From Klebsormidium nitens (Eukaryota; Plantae; Klebsormidiophyceae), in assembly GCA_000708835.1 (NCBI GenBank), contig DF237120.1, positions 97,963 to 161,962 on the forward strand: DNA of 64,000 bases, read 5' to 3'. Below the pieces are notes generated by a model, which saw only the letters and a program-made list of their open reading frames with translations, was not told the DNA's origin and searched no databases. The position numbers and the translations under genes were made by a program. Of this stretch, positions 1-12,949 are shown one piece after another. Within the stretch, counting starts at the first letter, position 1, and each line of letters starts with the position of its first letter.

Positions 1-3000
1 TTGACTAAGTATGGTCAATCAAGACCCAGATTTCTATCCACGCCTAGGCAGAAAACAACGTGGACATGGTTACAAATAAGCACTAGGTGCTGTCAAGATT
101 TGTAGCGTCAGGTTGAAGAAGTAGTACCCTTCCGGGACCATCTTTGCCGACCCAGGCTATGAAAGAACAAACGTGGCTGGCACCTGTACACGGTGTCATG
201 TATTCTTGAATTGGATGCTTTCTGATCAGCTTCCTATATGGGTTTATCCGCAAGCTTGTGATTGGTTATTTGAGAACACGAAACGTTCCTCATGAAGCAG
301 AGCGGATGCCTTTTGAAAAGATTGATCCTGCCAAGCTAACCGGCTTTAGCGCCGGGCATGTATCGCTAGCGCCTTATTGCTCTCCATCTGCCGTGTTTTG
401 GGATGAGCAATTAACCGCAGGCAATGTTAAGACCCGTGATAGTCGGCTTCAGGTTGCTTTGAAGCGAACGGATCGAAAATATCTATGTAGACTTCACTTC
501 GTATTGCTCGGCCGTGAAGGAGACCAGATTGGGCACGCAACAGGCTGCTCAAACTCACTCCCAAACTATGATTACCAGAGGCCACCGATCTCGATTTCTG
601 ACTCTCCAGCGCGTTTTCATTGCATGGATTGGCTGGCGGTTGCCGCTTCTCACATGCAGCTGCCATTCCGGACCTCCATTTGGAGTCGTTCGCATCTTCG
701 CGAGGTCTTGTTTATCCTCGCTTTGTCAAGCAATAGATCCGCACTCTGCCTGGCACTTCGGCGATCCTGACACTCCTAGCTGACAGGATTGTCCTGGTCT
801 AGCATTCGTCGTCCTGTCGAGTTCGAGTCAAATGTCCCGCATCACACTTTCCTAGCCGGAAAGGAATCAAGCAGCCTTCGGAACTGCTGAAGACTCTGGC
901 AACCGTCAAAGTTGTAAAGGTCCCCGCCCCTGCTGGTGTTGCTCATATGTTAAAGTTTGACGCGAATGACAAAAGTGAAGGCGCAGGGCGACCGAAATCT
1001 GCCACAAATCTGTCAGTAATGCATAGTCTTCAATCTTTCGCGTCTGGAAATGTGAAGGTCACTGGTAGGGAGTGACCGTTTTTGGGATCTGCTCTTCTCC
1101 ATATTCCACGGCACCCATTTTGTCGTCGAGCAGGCAAGCGGTGGTGACCCACGCTCTTCTCAGACTTTCGTCCCAAAGTAAGCACCGGTAAAGAGAGCAA
1201 GCTAGCTGGGGGGCTCCGGTTACGAACAGGAAAATGTCAGTTTGGGCTTTGAAGCAGGGGAGATTTGAGCAAGCGCTTGCTGCTACTCAGGCGTATTCCG
1301 AACAAACTAACTGAAGCCGCAGTGGCATAGGAAGCTTAGTACTGCCTGTGTGTCCCAACAGGAAAATGCAATATTCACCGGAGGGTTTTGACTCTGTACG
1401 TTCGGACGCTTTTTGATATTTTATATGGTTGATTTTAGTGGCCTGCCTTCAAAGCGAACGTTCAATCAATGCCCGAAGCCGCTTCATATACGAAACGAGT
1501 CGCTAATGCTGTGCTCTTTGGCCTCGTTCATGTCCTGCTTAGAGAGAAGTCGAGAAGCTTGGTGCGTCATCCTAGCCCTACCTTTTCATACGTCCTTCTG
1601 CGTCGTGTCGTGCGGGTAGCCGTACTTTGGTTTCCATATGGGGCTACGAAGCAACGAGGTTGCTGACTCAACCAAGGGGCCAAGCATGTTTTTTCCGCAG
1701 AACTACTGAAGCCCGCTGTGGGACTCATTCAAGTGGCACTAGTCGTTCCTGGGCCTTAGTTGCTCAGAGGTCTTCTGATATTGCGTGAGCCTGACAAGAC
1801 TGAGTCAAGCCACATGCGTGTGAGTTTGGAATACCGGCAGGTGGAATAGGCGGCAACGATTTACCCTCGGACGCTACGGGTATTGCAAGCGGGAGGCAAA
1901 TCGACCAAAACCACCGTCTTTTGTACTTCCTCTCCCATTTGTATCTGCCCTTTCTCAAGCCGCGAGCTTTTTGCCATCTTAGCTGCTATTAAAGAGCCGG
2001 AGTTGATTGCCCGTCATTTGTTTCTGCCTTTCGGCGTCTACATCTGGACGACTGGCGGGACTGTGAAGACGAGAAGCTCCTGACCTCCTCGTGCTCATTC
2101 TTGAGCATCGTCATAGCATTGGTCAACGTCTAGAGCCCGTTTAATCGTGCAGCACTCGGCGGTGAGGCTGCTTTACACAGACTTTGCTTCAGATCCTCGT
2201 TAGGGTAGATGTGGCATGTCGCCGGAAGTAGCACGCGTCCGGATTGGAGTGTCAAGTGTGGGAGTCGGCTCTGGGCACGCGGTGTCGCCTGAGGTTTTGC
2301 CGTCCACAAACACGACTGTAAAAATATATGACTGTTCGCATTTTTACGGAATGAATCGTTTGACAAGGTCAGCGTGAGCCTGTACATCTTCTATCGAGGT
2401 CAGGAAGGTAGTCTTGGTCGTTAGGCATTCGGCTTTTCAAACTGCCAGCTTGGTGCATGTGCCACCAATCGTCAGAATAGCGGCCCAGAAAAGCTGAGCG
2501 GGAGAGTCAAAAGTTCTTGATTGTTCTGCCGCATTAAGCATCATATCGTCCGATGAACGGCCTCAATGTCTTCCACTGGGCGACACACCCCTGTACATAC
2601 CATTGTTGTCTTTTGATTGCATCCAGGCCAAGTTGGAACAGACCAGATCTTGGTAGGTACCTCTTGGAAAGCTGTTTCGATGCCTCTTTGTCCAGTTCCT
2701 GTCGCTTGCGTCGACCTCAATTGACTGCCCAGGTCACCCTATGATCAAACGACGATTTGAGCAGTCGACATCGCCGTTAGCAAGAGCAGGATTGGGTTTG
2801 CTCCCTTGATCGAGTAGTGGATTACAACGCAATTGGGCTTGAGTCTCTGGTGCCCTCAACTATTAAGTACCTCGATGCTGGTCCGTCAAGGACTTGCCGT
2901 GTCATGCTCTTAGCGATTGGCGTAGGCTTTAGCTTGACGTCCACAATAGGTCGTCTGGGGTGAACATTGTCAGCCCATGTTAGAAGGATCCCCCCTAATT

Positions 3001-3899
3001 TAATCATTGCGACTCTCCTGATGATGTTTACGCCGTCTCGTTTGAAATAGTGGCGAGCTTGTTTTTCCGGCGTGTGTCCAACGTGCGACGGTTCGCCCAG
3101 GCTGAAATTTCTTCATGCAAATGTCGGTAATGAGATTCCCGTCATGATCGACCATGGCTCGCTCAAGCATTGGCTGGTTTGCGACCCTTGACGCCGACTC
3201 AAGCGGTTGATGGAAAAGGGTATCGACGGATTGGCGCTCCTTGTTTGCATCCTCCTTACGCTGTTTCGACTCTGTAAACCTGGAGTCAGGCTTGGCGGTT
3301 TAATTTACCATGAAGTTTTCGTTACCATCCCCCGGATAGATTTCTCGATTGGATCGAGAGATGTTGATTCGGAAGATGCGAAAGTAGCCGAGCTTGCCCT
3401 TATTGGTGCACACATACGTAATACGGAACTGTAATTACAGCTAGTGAATTTGCTTGTATACGTCAGGCGCTGTCACTTCCGCTCGGTCTGATTGTGGGTC
3501 ATGAAGTTAAAAGAGGCTGGCAGTGTGGGCGACGCCATCTACGCTTTTGAAGTCTGACGCCCTTTGTTTATTCTCAGCCCAAGCTCAAGTCGCCCTTGAC
3601 ATTTGGTCGTCAAAGTCTGCTCGAGCTCTGCAGCTGTCAAATGAAACATAGATTTTCTAGCTCAAGATCAAGAAATGCCTTTTAAGGATGAGTGGGTGCG
3701 CAATGTTGGATCGGATGTGTACCGTTTCCTACGAAACCGCATGCATGCCTCGGCACTTCTTACCAGAAACTCTTACTCTCGGTCTGCAAAACTGCTTTTG
3801 TGATCAGGCGAGTGTGCACTGGTCTACAACCGGCTTCAGTAGATTGACCCACGGCGGCGGAATCCAACTGCAACGAAGACGCTCGATTGGGCCGCCGTG

Positions 3900-6800
3900 T
3901 GCACAAGCAGTTCCGTCAACGCTGCCTTTTGCTTTCCCTGGGCTTCAACTCACGAACCCCGTTTTGCAAGCGGTAACTTCTCTTGTTCGCTCCGTGCAGG
4001 TGAGTAAAGGCTTGTACGTCTGTCCTGCGTTTGAAAGCGAGAACAATCATTGGATGTTAGAGGGCTGCTTGGACAACATGCCCGTCAGGTAGGTGCTGTA
4101 TTTTGCTTGGTGATTGAGGCGTTCTGCATAAGCTACATAAGTACAACCAAGAGGGACATGGAACGTGATCTCGTCGTTATCAACTCCTTTCCTTCGGTCT
4201 GACTAGTTCTTGATTGAAACTGTTGTGTCGTTCTGAGAGCATCTATCTTAACGTGGTTATCAAACGTGTTGATGTGTCTGCTTGGTTGCCCGCTTCTAGG
4301 TTGGCGCTTCGATCACTTGGGAAAGTCTTGCTATGGATCAATTAACTGAGGGCGACGGATATATGTTCTTGGTCTGCTCGTGAATTGAAATTACACTGTC
4401 CTTTCGCCGTCCGTTCTGGCTCTGAAAACGTGCGTGGGCGCACCTTTATTGCTCGCTCAATGTAGCGATGCTCTGTGCCTTTTGATGCCACGTATACGGA
4501 GCTACCCTCCGAATGGAAATTCTGGCTTTCTAACTTCTGCCACCACTCCTTCTCCTCAAGCTTGTTAGGAGGATCAGTTTTTCCGGTCCTTCGTGCAGCC
4601 AGAATTCATCAGAGTTGTCAATCTTGTGAGCATCTTGAAACAGGCCTCGAGCCATGCCGCGTCTTTACCTCAGCCCATTGGAAATGATACCTCTGGTTGC
4701 GATGTTTGGCCCCTCTTGCAGGCTTCTCGCACACTTTCTATTTCGTGAATTACATAAGAAACCTGGCTATGACTGACCTGGCTGTGAAGGTCAGTCAGTG
4801 TCAGCGGCAAGTCGTTGCGCACAGGAAACATCCGTTGTACGTCGCCTGAGGCCAAGCACTATCGTATATGGCCCCTTGATGTATTCGTATGGAAAAGTCT
4901 TCAGACCGCAGCTCAACTGTCAAGAGCTGCGGTTTGCATCTCGATAGCGTACACCCAACATCTTTCGCGTACTTTGTGTGGTCGGACCTTGGCGGATCCC
5001 CTCCCGACAAAACGTCGACAAGTCGACAACAGCGTTTGGTACAGTTGCACGGTCCTAATGCTTCGAGTCCCGCTTGGTACCGTGCTTGCATCCTTACCAG
5101 AACTTATACTCGTCTGGGAACTGGCTCTGATGGTCAATTTGAATCAGTGTGGGCAGCCCCTCGTTGCGCTCACCTAGCACTGCGGTGTAAACTGAGGCCA
5201 AAGATTTGTATCGACATAGCTGTCATTCCTTTCTGCGAAAGGAGAGGTACAAGAGCTGCCAGTTTTCGCTGTCAACAGCCCATGTCCAGAATTGTACGGG
5301 GCCTTAGCGTGTGACGCCAGTCGTACAGCAGATTCTGTCCAAGAACTGTAAGTATTGAAAACGAAAAGCTCGGTAATGGACGCTCGGTTCTAGTGCTCCA
5401 GCGCGGCACCTCCTGCTTGTTTCTTGATAGCTTCTCACTTTGTTCTTCGAGTCTGGCTCTGATGGTTAGTCAGCGTGGGCCGGACGTGTTGAGCTCATTG
5501 TGTGTCAACTGAGGCCAAGCAAGTTCGTCCGTCCATATTGGGCTTCTCTTTCCTTTCTTGGAAGCCGAGTGCAAGAGTTGCCAGTTGCGCTCGTCCATCG
5601 TCCGAGGCTCAACAAAGCCTTTGGATCTGAAACAGTGTGTTTCGACTATATGGTAAAAATATTACGTTGGTCGCTCAAAAGTCCCTCTCCGAGTAGGCAA
5701 GTCAAAAGAAGCGTCAGGCTTTCATGTCGAGGGGCTGCGCGCGCTGTTGTCCTGGGAAGAAACTCCTTCGGTGCTGCAAAAACTCCTTCATCCTGAAAAT
5801 TTGCACCTTGGTCGGCGAGTACCGTCACCTTTCTGTTGTCAATGTTTTGGGCTGTGAAGACAAGAAGGTTCTGGCGCTGGAGGCCAGTTACCATCCCATC
5901 CATCGGCGATCACGGAGCCCCGTCTGGCTTCAAAGAGGTCTCGCTGGATCCCTGAACTTCAGCGCTGTTTAAGTAGGTAACCAGATGCTTCCTGGTTGTG
6001 GAACGGCTCGTCTGGCTGCAGCACTCCCTTTGCGGTACACCTGTAGCCAGAGCCCTGCAAACGCTGAGGCTGCCCGCATCGGAAGCTTGAACTCCGGTTG
6101 CCGCAGCGCCCCGGCAGCACTGCCGCATAATCAAGCGGCGCCGCAGCGTCGCACTTCTTAACGAGCGCGGGCTTTTGGATACTTTGTGTTGCCGGCAACC
6201 CTGGAACTAGCTATTAATCGACGGCCACTCCGATAAGTTCTTCCGAACGGCATTTCAGATTGCTCCCAGCAAGTGGTGAGCGCTGTCGCGGTGCTGCGGC
6301 AGATTTACACTGCCGCAAAACTGCTGCATCGCTTCCGGAGATGCTGGAAGTGGCCAATCTGTCGCGCCGCTTCCGCGGCACTGGGGAGGCTTAGGCTCAC
6401 CTTCCCTTTTGACGACTGGGCGTAGATTTGGATTGTGGAAACGGTTTTCAGGATCGAAGAAGTCAACGGACCGCAAGGATATGAAGTGCAAGGGCTCCGT
6501 TGAACTTTATTTGGTCCTGCGGCATTTTTTTGTGGGGCTTTCGTGCCGGGCAGACGACATTCTCGCGGCATGAATCGGCTTCCAGAAGTAGATGGGATGC
6601 ATGGAGGAGGACTGCATGCGGTGCGCGAGTGGCTTTGATCCCTAATCATTGAGTTCGTTCTGGTTGCTCATGTGCCTTTTGAAGTTTGAAGCCTCGCAGT
6701 CACATCTGGTCACTGATATGCCACTCGTTTGCTGCTCCGGCTTGGATGAACGGCGAACACTTGGGCGTGCCTCGCATGCTCAATCGTACAATTCCCAACG

Positions 6801-7090
6801 GTTCACTTTAAAATAACCTGACGCCGAGCGCGCTCAAGATTTTGGGTTCCCTGTCTCTGCTTCGTTGTGCACCCGTCTTTTGCTCGGGTTGTTTCGTATA
6901 AAGTTATCTGGCGGTCATTTGCCCGGGGGTATCGGGCGCCCCACATTCAGTGCTTGCGGACGACGTTTGTGCATAAAGGGTTTGGGTCCTGTTGCCGTAT
7001 TGTTCTTAACCGCTGGTTATTCCTTTAACCAACGTGGTCGAACATTCGAAGCAAGTGTTCTCGTAGCTTTTAATGTTTATCACCGTGATA
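3900..7090 (-). pseudogene. Decayed paralog A of an unidentified tandem-domain gene (3 copies of the ~110-aa domain)
   Basis: Repeat core CTGGCTCTGATGGT...GTGGGC...GCGCTCA...ACTGAGGCCA, with the CTGAGGCCA anchor at ~4846, 5191 and 5508. The 5' block (5780-7090) is homologous to 11540-12900 and 13700-15080. The 3' block (e.g. THLHGANKRSYRLQNG near 3990) is homologous to ~8800 and ~16900. Stops and frameshifts throughout. Boundaries approximate. Confidence 0.65.
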
Positions 7091-7249
7091 AGGGAAGCGG
7101 ATGTAACCGTAACACACCTGTAGGCATGACTCCGATCACTTGGCGTGAGTACGCTCAGCGATGTCAGCTTGACCAAGCAGCTGACGTCGGGACAACATCG
7201 TTTTCTTTTCCTCACTTTGGCGGCTTCGGTATTCCTATACTTAGGCACA

Positions 7250-8150
7250 CAGCCTGTTATGAATCGCGGTCAGTGTTAGATTCTACAAGATGTCGTCCTT
7301 CTGGCTCGTTGTTTGGCTCTGATGGTCAGCCAGGGTGGGCCACACCTTGCTGCGCTCAAATGTCGTGCGTAGGATCTGAGGCCAAGCACAATCGTGTATT
7401 GCTTTCTTGTTTTCCTTGTTCGGGCAGGAAAGCAAACAGCCGCCAGTTGCGCATGTCGATAGGGGGTGTTTGACCTGTCAGTGGCGTCCTGGTCGATTGT
7501 CTGGTGAATCGTTCCGCGTCAAACTTGAAAGTCAGAAGAATGCATGACCTGACACTGTGCGCCTTTGTCGGCGACTGCTGCCAAGTTCCTATAACCTGCC
7601 TTTTCGGGCTGTGAAGATCTGAAGGTCCTGGCGCCCCTGGCCAGAGCACCCTCTTTTCCACAGATTGCCCCATCTATCGGAAAGTGCTTATGGTAGCCTC
7701 GTTTCCTTTTGGACGCTATTGGGGTAGATGACCACTTAATGTCTAGCAGTGGACGTTTAGCTGTCCTGGAAGCAATCCTCCATGGTAAGAGTGTTGCACG
7801 AACCCTGCAAAGTCTGAGGCTGCCTGACGGCCAATAAGCGTGACGATCTCTTGATTGATGTTGTGTTGCATGACGGTTGTTGTAAATGAACGTTGATGAC
7901 GACCGCAAGAATCGAGTGCACGGCTCCTTTTTGCCTTTGATCTAGTCCTGCGCTTGATCATGTGTCGGGGCTAACGTGCTTCATGTTGGCAATCGACTTC
8001 TGGTGGCGCAAGCCGCTTCCAGGTCTGGATGAGATGCGCAAATAAGGTGTTCATAAGCTTGCGCACGGTGGCCGTGATCCTGAGTTTTGAGCTCGTTTCT
8101 CAATCATTGTTTCTAGGGTTTGAAGCCACAAGGTCAAGCCAGGTCAATGC
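7250..8150 (-). pseudogene. Decayed, internally deleted paralog B (1 tandem domain plus N-terminal fragments)
   Basis: One repeat core at 7312-7385. 7600-7700 matches 11640-11740 (GGGCTGTGAAGAT...CAGATTGCCCCAT), ~7800-7830 matches ~11846 and ~8085-8125 matches ~12430-12475. Confidence 0.55.
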
Positions 8151-8399
8151 CGCCTCTGACTGAATACATCTGACTGCTAAACCGAGAGCTATATTCAGAT
8201 TTGTCCGGTTTGGTCGATTGAGTCGACAAACGAGAAGCTGTCACGTCAGCAACTGAAGATTGCACACATTGAGTCACTGCCTTTTTGCATGTCAACGAGC
8301 GGCTTCGTCTATGCACAAGAAGATGGTTTTGGAGCGTCCACCGAGGCGTCACAGTATTCCGGAACGGGGACCAGGGCCTATTTTTGTCTTTGTTTGGAG

Positions 8400-11300
8400 G
8401 TCAAGTCGCACCCTACTTTTGATCGTTCATGGCAAAGGTCGGCTTCGAGTTTCCTGGACGGAAGATGGTCTTCGAGCTGGAGGAAGCTTTGTTTCACGAG
8501 TACGTTTAATTACATTTCAGATCGCCGACCTTCTATGAACCAGCATAATGCTTTGGATCTCTTTTGAAAGAGTCGCCAGTCCTGGCGACGTACAAATGGC
8601 GGTTATAGTCTTGTGTTCCTGTGCGCTTCTGCACCATTTTAGTAAGAGATTTGCGACGAAAGAGTTTTGAGGGGAGCGCACTCGCCAGTTGCTCTTTCTT
8701 CGGGGCGTTGGGAGCATAGTTGGACCCAGTTGCTTTCTTACCATTTTTCGTGATCTTTCCTCATGATGTGATAGCCGGGTTGCAGGCGCTAATGTTCATT
8801 GTTTGCCTCGTGCAGGTGAGTGTTGCCCACATGTCCTGCCCTTCAGACTCTCATTGAGTGAGTGTGAGTGTTGGTTTTCTTTCCCCAACGCCAACGCCGA
8901 GGTGTCTGAAGCTTGTACGATCAGGAACAAAGAGAAGTGCGCTTTGTACCTTGCTTTCGACTCCTCCAAAGTCATGATTCCTTTGTCGGCATGCTGTGCA
9001 CCAATGGTCTTACGATCTGTTTGATCCGTTCTGGTCAGAAGTCCTTGAAAGTATTCTGGACCCTCCGGTGAGGATCCTTTTCCGGCGTGATTGTGAACAA
9101 TTTATCGCTGTGACTTGAAGTCGGTGGCTCGGTTTCAACTGCTTATCGGATACAATTCGTGATTGGAGTCAAGCTGTGGGTTGGTATGCCGGTGACTCGG
9201 CCGACGAAAGTTTTGAATCTGCTGGGTTACTCTGCCCCTTTGCCGTCCATCCTGGCTTTGAAAAAGTGGACTTGCCTCGCTCGTTCAGAGGAGTGAATTC
9301 CTCTGCTTCCTCTCCCACTTCTATGGAGGTACATCACAGTTAAGTTTCTAACTTTCTAAGCTTTGCCACGATGCCTTTATTGGAAGTTTGCCACGAGGGA
9401 TGGTTGTTTCGGCCTTTCGTGTAGCCAGAAGCAATGGATTAGTAAATCAGTGGCTACAAATACTACTCAAGCAATCATGAAGTGTCTTTACCTCTGCTTT
9501 TTGGGAATGATGCAACCCCGTGCATTGCCCGCTTGGCACCTCTTTCGGGCTTCTCGGATAGTATGTCTGCATAACTCACCAAGAACACGCCTGGCTATGA
9601 AGGTCAGATACTGTGGGCGGCACGTCGCTCCGTTCAAAAGGTCTTCTCTGTCACTGATGCCAATCACTGTCGTCCAGGGCCTTTCAGTGTCCTTGTATAT
9701 GAGATATGTTTCACGAGCTGCCGGCTGTGCCTGTCGATAGCGGATAGGGTCGACAATTTCCTCGTGACACAGCGTGTGACGTCAGACCCACAGTAGGTTC
9801 CCTCCCGACAATGTCCCGACAAGTCGACAGGAGAATTGGATGATGGCGCATGCCCCTCATGCTTCAAGTCCGGCTTTGCACCCCGTGCTTGAATGTTACC
9901 AAAAGTTATACAAGTCTGGGAACTGGCTTTGATGGTCAATCAGCGTGGGCAGCACCTTGTTGCGCTCATCTACTTCTCCGTTTAGAACTGAGGCCAAATA
10001 ATCTCGTCGAAAGAGCCGTCATTCCCCTCTGCGGAGGGAAAGTAGAAGAGCGCTACAAGTTGCTCGTGTCAGTAAGTGATAACCATAAACATTCTGGTGG
10101 TTGAACGTGTGGGGTTGGTCGCTTGGCAAGTCCCTGCTCGACGAACTGTAATCGAACGTAAACAAGAGCTTTCTGGTTAGGGGCGCACAGTCTCGGAGCC
10201 CCGCTTGGCACTTCTTCTGGTGCTCATCCTTGCTTCTTGACTGATGCTTAACCGTGTGTTTGATTGGCTTTGATGAGCGTGTCAGCGTAGGCCGGACAGC
10301 CTTGTTGGGCTCATCTTGATTCCTTGCTTGCTGCTCTGAGGCCAGAGCCTTTCGTCGACAGATCTCTCTTGTCATTTTGCTGGTATTCAATTGAAAAAGC
10401 TGCCAGTCTTGATGTCAAGAAGATCAACGATTATCATCCTGGGTGGCTTAGCGTGCGCGGTCGATCGCTTGGCAAGTCCCTACCCAACGGACTTAAAGTA
10501 GATAATCCATCTTGGTAGGGAGCGGAGTCTAGTGCCCCCGCTTGGCCGGCAGTTCTTGCTTGCTTTCCGGTGTTCATCTCCAACTCTGGAAATTGGCTCT
10601 GACGATTTTCAGTCGATGTGGGCCGCATTTTGTTGCGCTCACTTCGTATTCTCTTGGGAACTGAGGCCAAAAACTTTCGTGAATCGCGTGTCATCCTGAT
10701 CTCTAGAAAAGATTGCAAATCCTGGTACTTGCTCGTGCCAACCTATCATTATAACCGTCTGGTGGCTCAACTTGTGTACGGACAGCCTCCCAGCAAGTCC
10801 CTCTTCGGCAAGTCTGACTCGACAAGCCTTTGGAAAGGACGCACAACTTTGGTGCCCCCGCTAGAAACCTCGTGCTTCTTTCTCGACCGGTGCTCAAGTT
10901 ATTCTCTGATATGGGCTCGGATGCTCAGTCAGCGTGGGCAGCATCCTCTTACGCTCATAATAGCTTTACCGATACACTGAGGCCAAGCGCGTTCGTCGAT
11001 TGAGCATTCCCCTGTGTCATGCGAAAACGGTAATAATTGTTAGTTGCGCGGGTCCATATAGCGGATAGCCGCTGTATCCTGGTTGGTTAGCCTGCTGCGT
11101 GTGCGGTCGGTCTCTTGGCAAGTCCTTGTTGAACAACTTGTAAGTCATTAGAAGCGTTCTAGTAGGAACGTATGGTTCCAATGACCCCTACTGGGCATGT
11201 TTTGCTCGCTTCTCGACCGGTACTTATCCCCGTCTGTGAACCTGGCTCTGATGGTCAGCCAGTGTGGGCCGCACAGGGTCGCGCTCACCGAAGTCTGGAT

Positions 11301-12900
11301 TAAGCTGAGGCCATGCAAGCCCGGCCATAGTGCGGTCATTTTTTCTTTTCGCAAACTGAGTCCGAGAGCTGCCGGTTGCTCAAGTTGCTAGTCAAAGGAT
11401 TGAGGTATCAAGTGTGCCTTTATATACAACAACAGGGTCTTCCAACGAAAAGTCTGTGAGTTGGTCGCTTGAGAGTTCCGTTTCCGCTGCGCCACAATCC
11501 AACCCGCCCGTCAGGCTTTCTCGTCCAAGGTTTGCGCGTCTTCTCTCACAGTAAAGTTCTGAGAATGCTCGTAAAGAATGCTCGACCTGACGATGTGCGC
11601 CTTGTTCGGCAAGTGCTGTCAAGTTCTAATGCATCTCGTTAGGGCTGTGAAGATAAAGTCCTGGCGCTGGAGGCCAGCCACAATGTCATTAAAGCAGATT
11701 GCCCCATGCATTGGCGATCAGGTAGCCTCGTCTCCGAATCCTCGCTCCAGAGAATCTAGAGCGTGAATTGAGTAGGTGACCACATGCTTCCTAGTTGTGG
11801 AACGTTTGGCTACCAGGTTCCCTTTGCGGTACACTCTGTGGCTAGAACCCTGTACAAGCTGAGGCTGCCTGCATTGGACGGTTGAGCCCCGCTTGCCTCA
11901 GGCCCCGGCAGCGCTGCCGCATAAGCAAGTAGTAAGCGCCGCCGTGACGCCAGCTTAGCAAAGACCGCTTTTGGACAGACAGTATCAACACTAGGACTAC
12001 TGGCGTTTCAACGGTTTAAGTGATTGCTGACGTCACAACCCGCTGCGCCCGCAAGTGGTGGGCGGTGTCGCGGGGCTGTTGCAGACATTCACTGCCGCAA
12101 CGCGTGGCACCACTGTTGCATTGTCCTGGGGATGTAGTGAGATGGCCGATTTGCCGCGGCGCTTCTGCGGCACCAGGGAAAGCTAGGCTCAACCTTCGAC
12201 GTGACGACTGGGTGTAAATTTGAAGGTTCGTCAAGATCGAAGACGTCAACGGAGTGCAAGGAAACCAAGTCCACGGACTTCTCTGAGTTGTGTTATGCTC
12301 CTGCGGCATGTTGTGTGCCTTTCCTGCCTGGCCGATGTCTTGCTTACAGCATCAATCTGCTTCTATAGAACTGGGAAGCATGAAGGTGGACTACATGCGG
12401 GTGCGGGGGTGGTTGTGATCCGTAAAGCGTTGAGCTCGCTCTTGTTGCTCATCCTTCATTTGGAAGTCTGAAGCCGCGCAGTCACATAGGGTCAGAGCGG
12501 AATGAATTTGGTTTGCTGCTCCGGCTTGGACGAACACCGAGCGATTGGGCGTGCCTCGCACGCTCATATGTATTCCTGGCGGTTCATTCTCACCCTGGGC
12601 GCGCTTCAGATACAACGTTGTTGAATATTCCTTTCAGATTTTCCGTTTATGTTGTGTTACTTGTCTCTGCTTCGTGGTGCACTCGTCGGCTTGCTCGGAT
12701 CGGACTGCTCTGTATGAGCGTTTTTGGCGAATCTCCCCTGGGGTCCTCTCGCCGGGCGCCCTCCAAGCTTGCATGATGCAACGCCTTTGCATAAGCGGTA
12801 TTTCGGTCCGTGTTGCTGCATTGATAGGATGCAAATCGCTGGTTATTTCATTTTAAAAACGTGGTTCAGCTTTTGAGGCAAGTGGACATTCCAACTTTTC
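8400..12900 (-). pseudogene. Decayed paralog C, the most complete copy (N-terminal region, 6 tandem domains, C-terminal region)
   Basis: Repeat anchors at ~9653 (variant ACTGATGCCA), 9987, 10336, 10660, 10976 and 11305, spacing 316-348 bp. Reconstructed minus-strand peptides include VYRKG...RSTTRKHVVTY...HGAICFNDIVAGLQRQDFIFTA, RDLPSDRP, LASV...ERN..RPTL.DHQSQ and GHVGNTHLHEANNE. Multiple in-frame stops. Confidence 0.7.
9590..11390. repeat. Six-unit tandem array of ~330-bp degenerate repeats
   Basis: Conserved cores recur at a ~330-bp period between 9590 and 11390. The same unit also occurs at 4778-5520 (x3), 7312 (x1), 13083-13495 (x2) and 17728-18110 (x2). Confidence 0.85.
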
Positions 12901-12949
12901 GTACCTTGAGCATGAAAGCAGGTGTGACCGCAACAAATCTGTGCAGTTT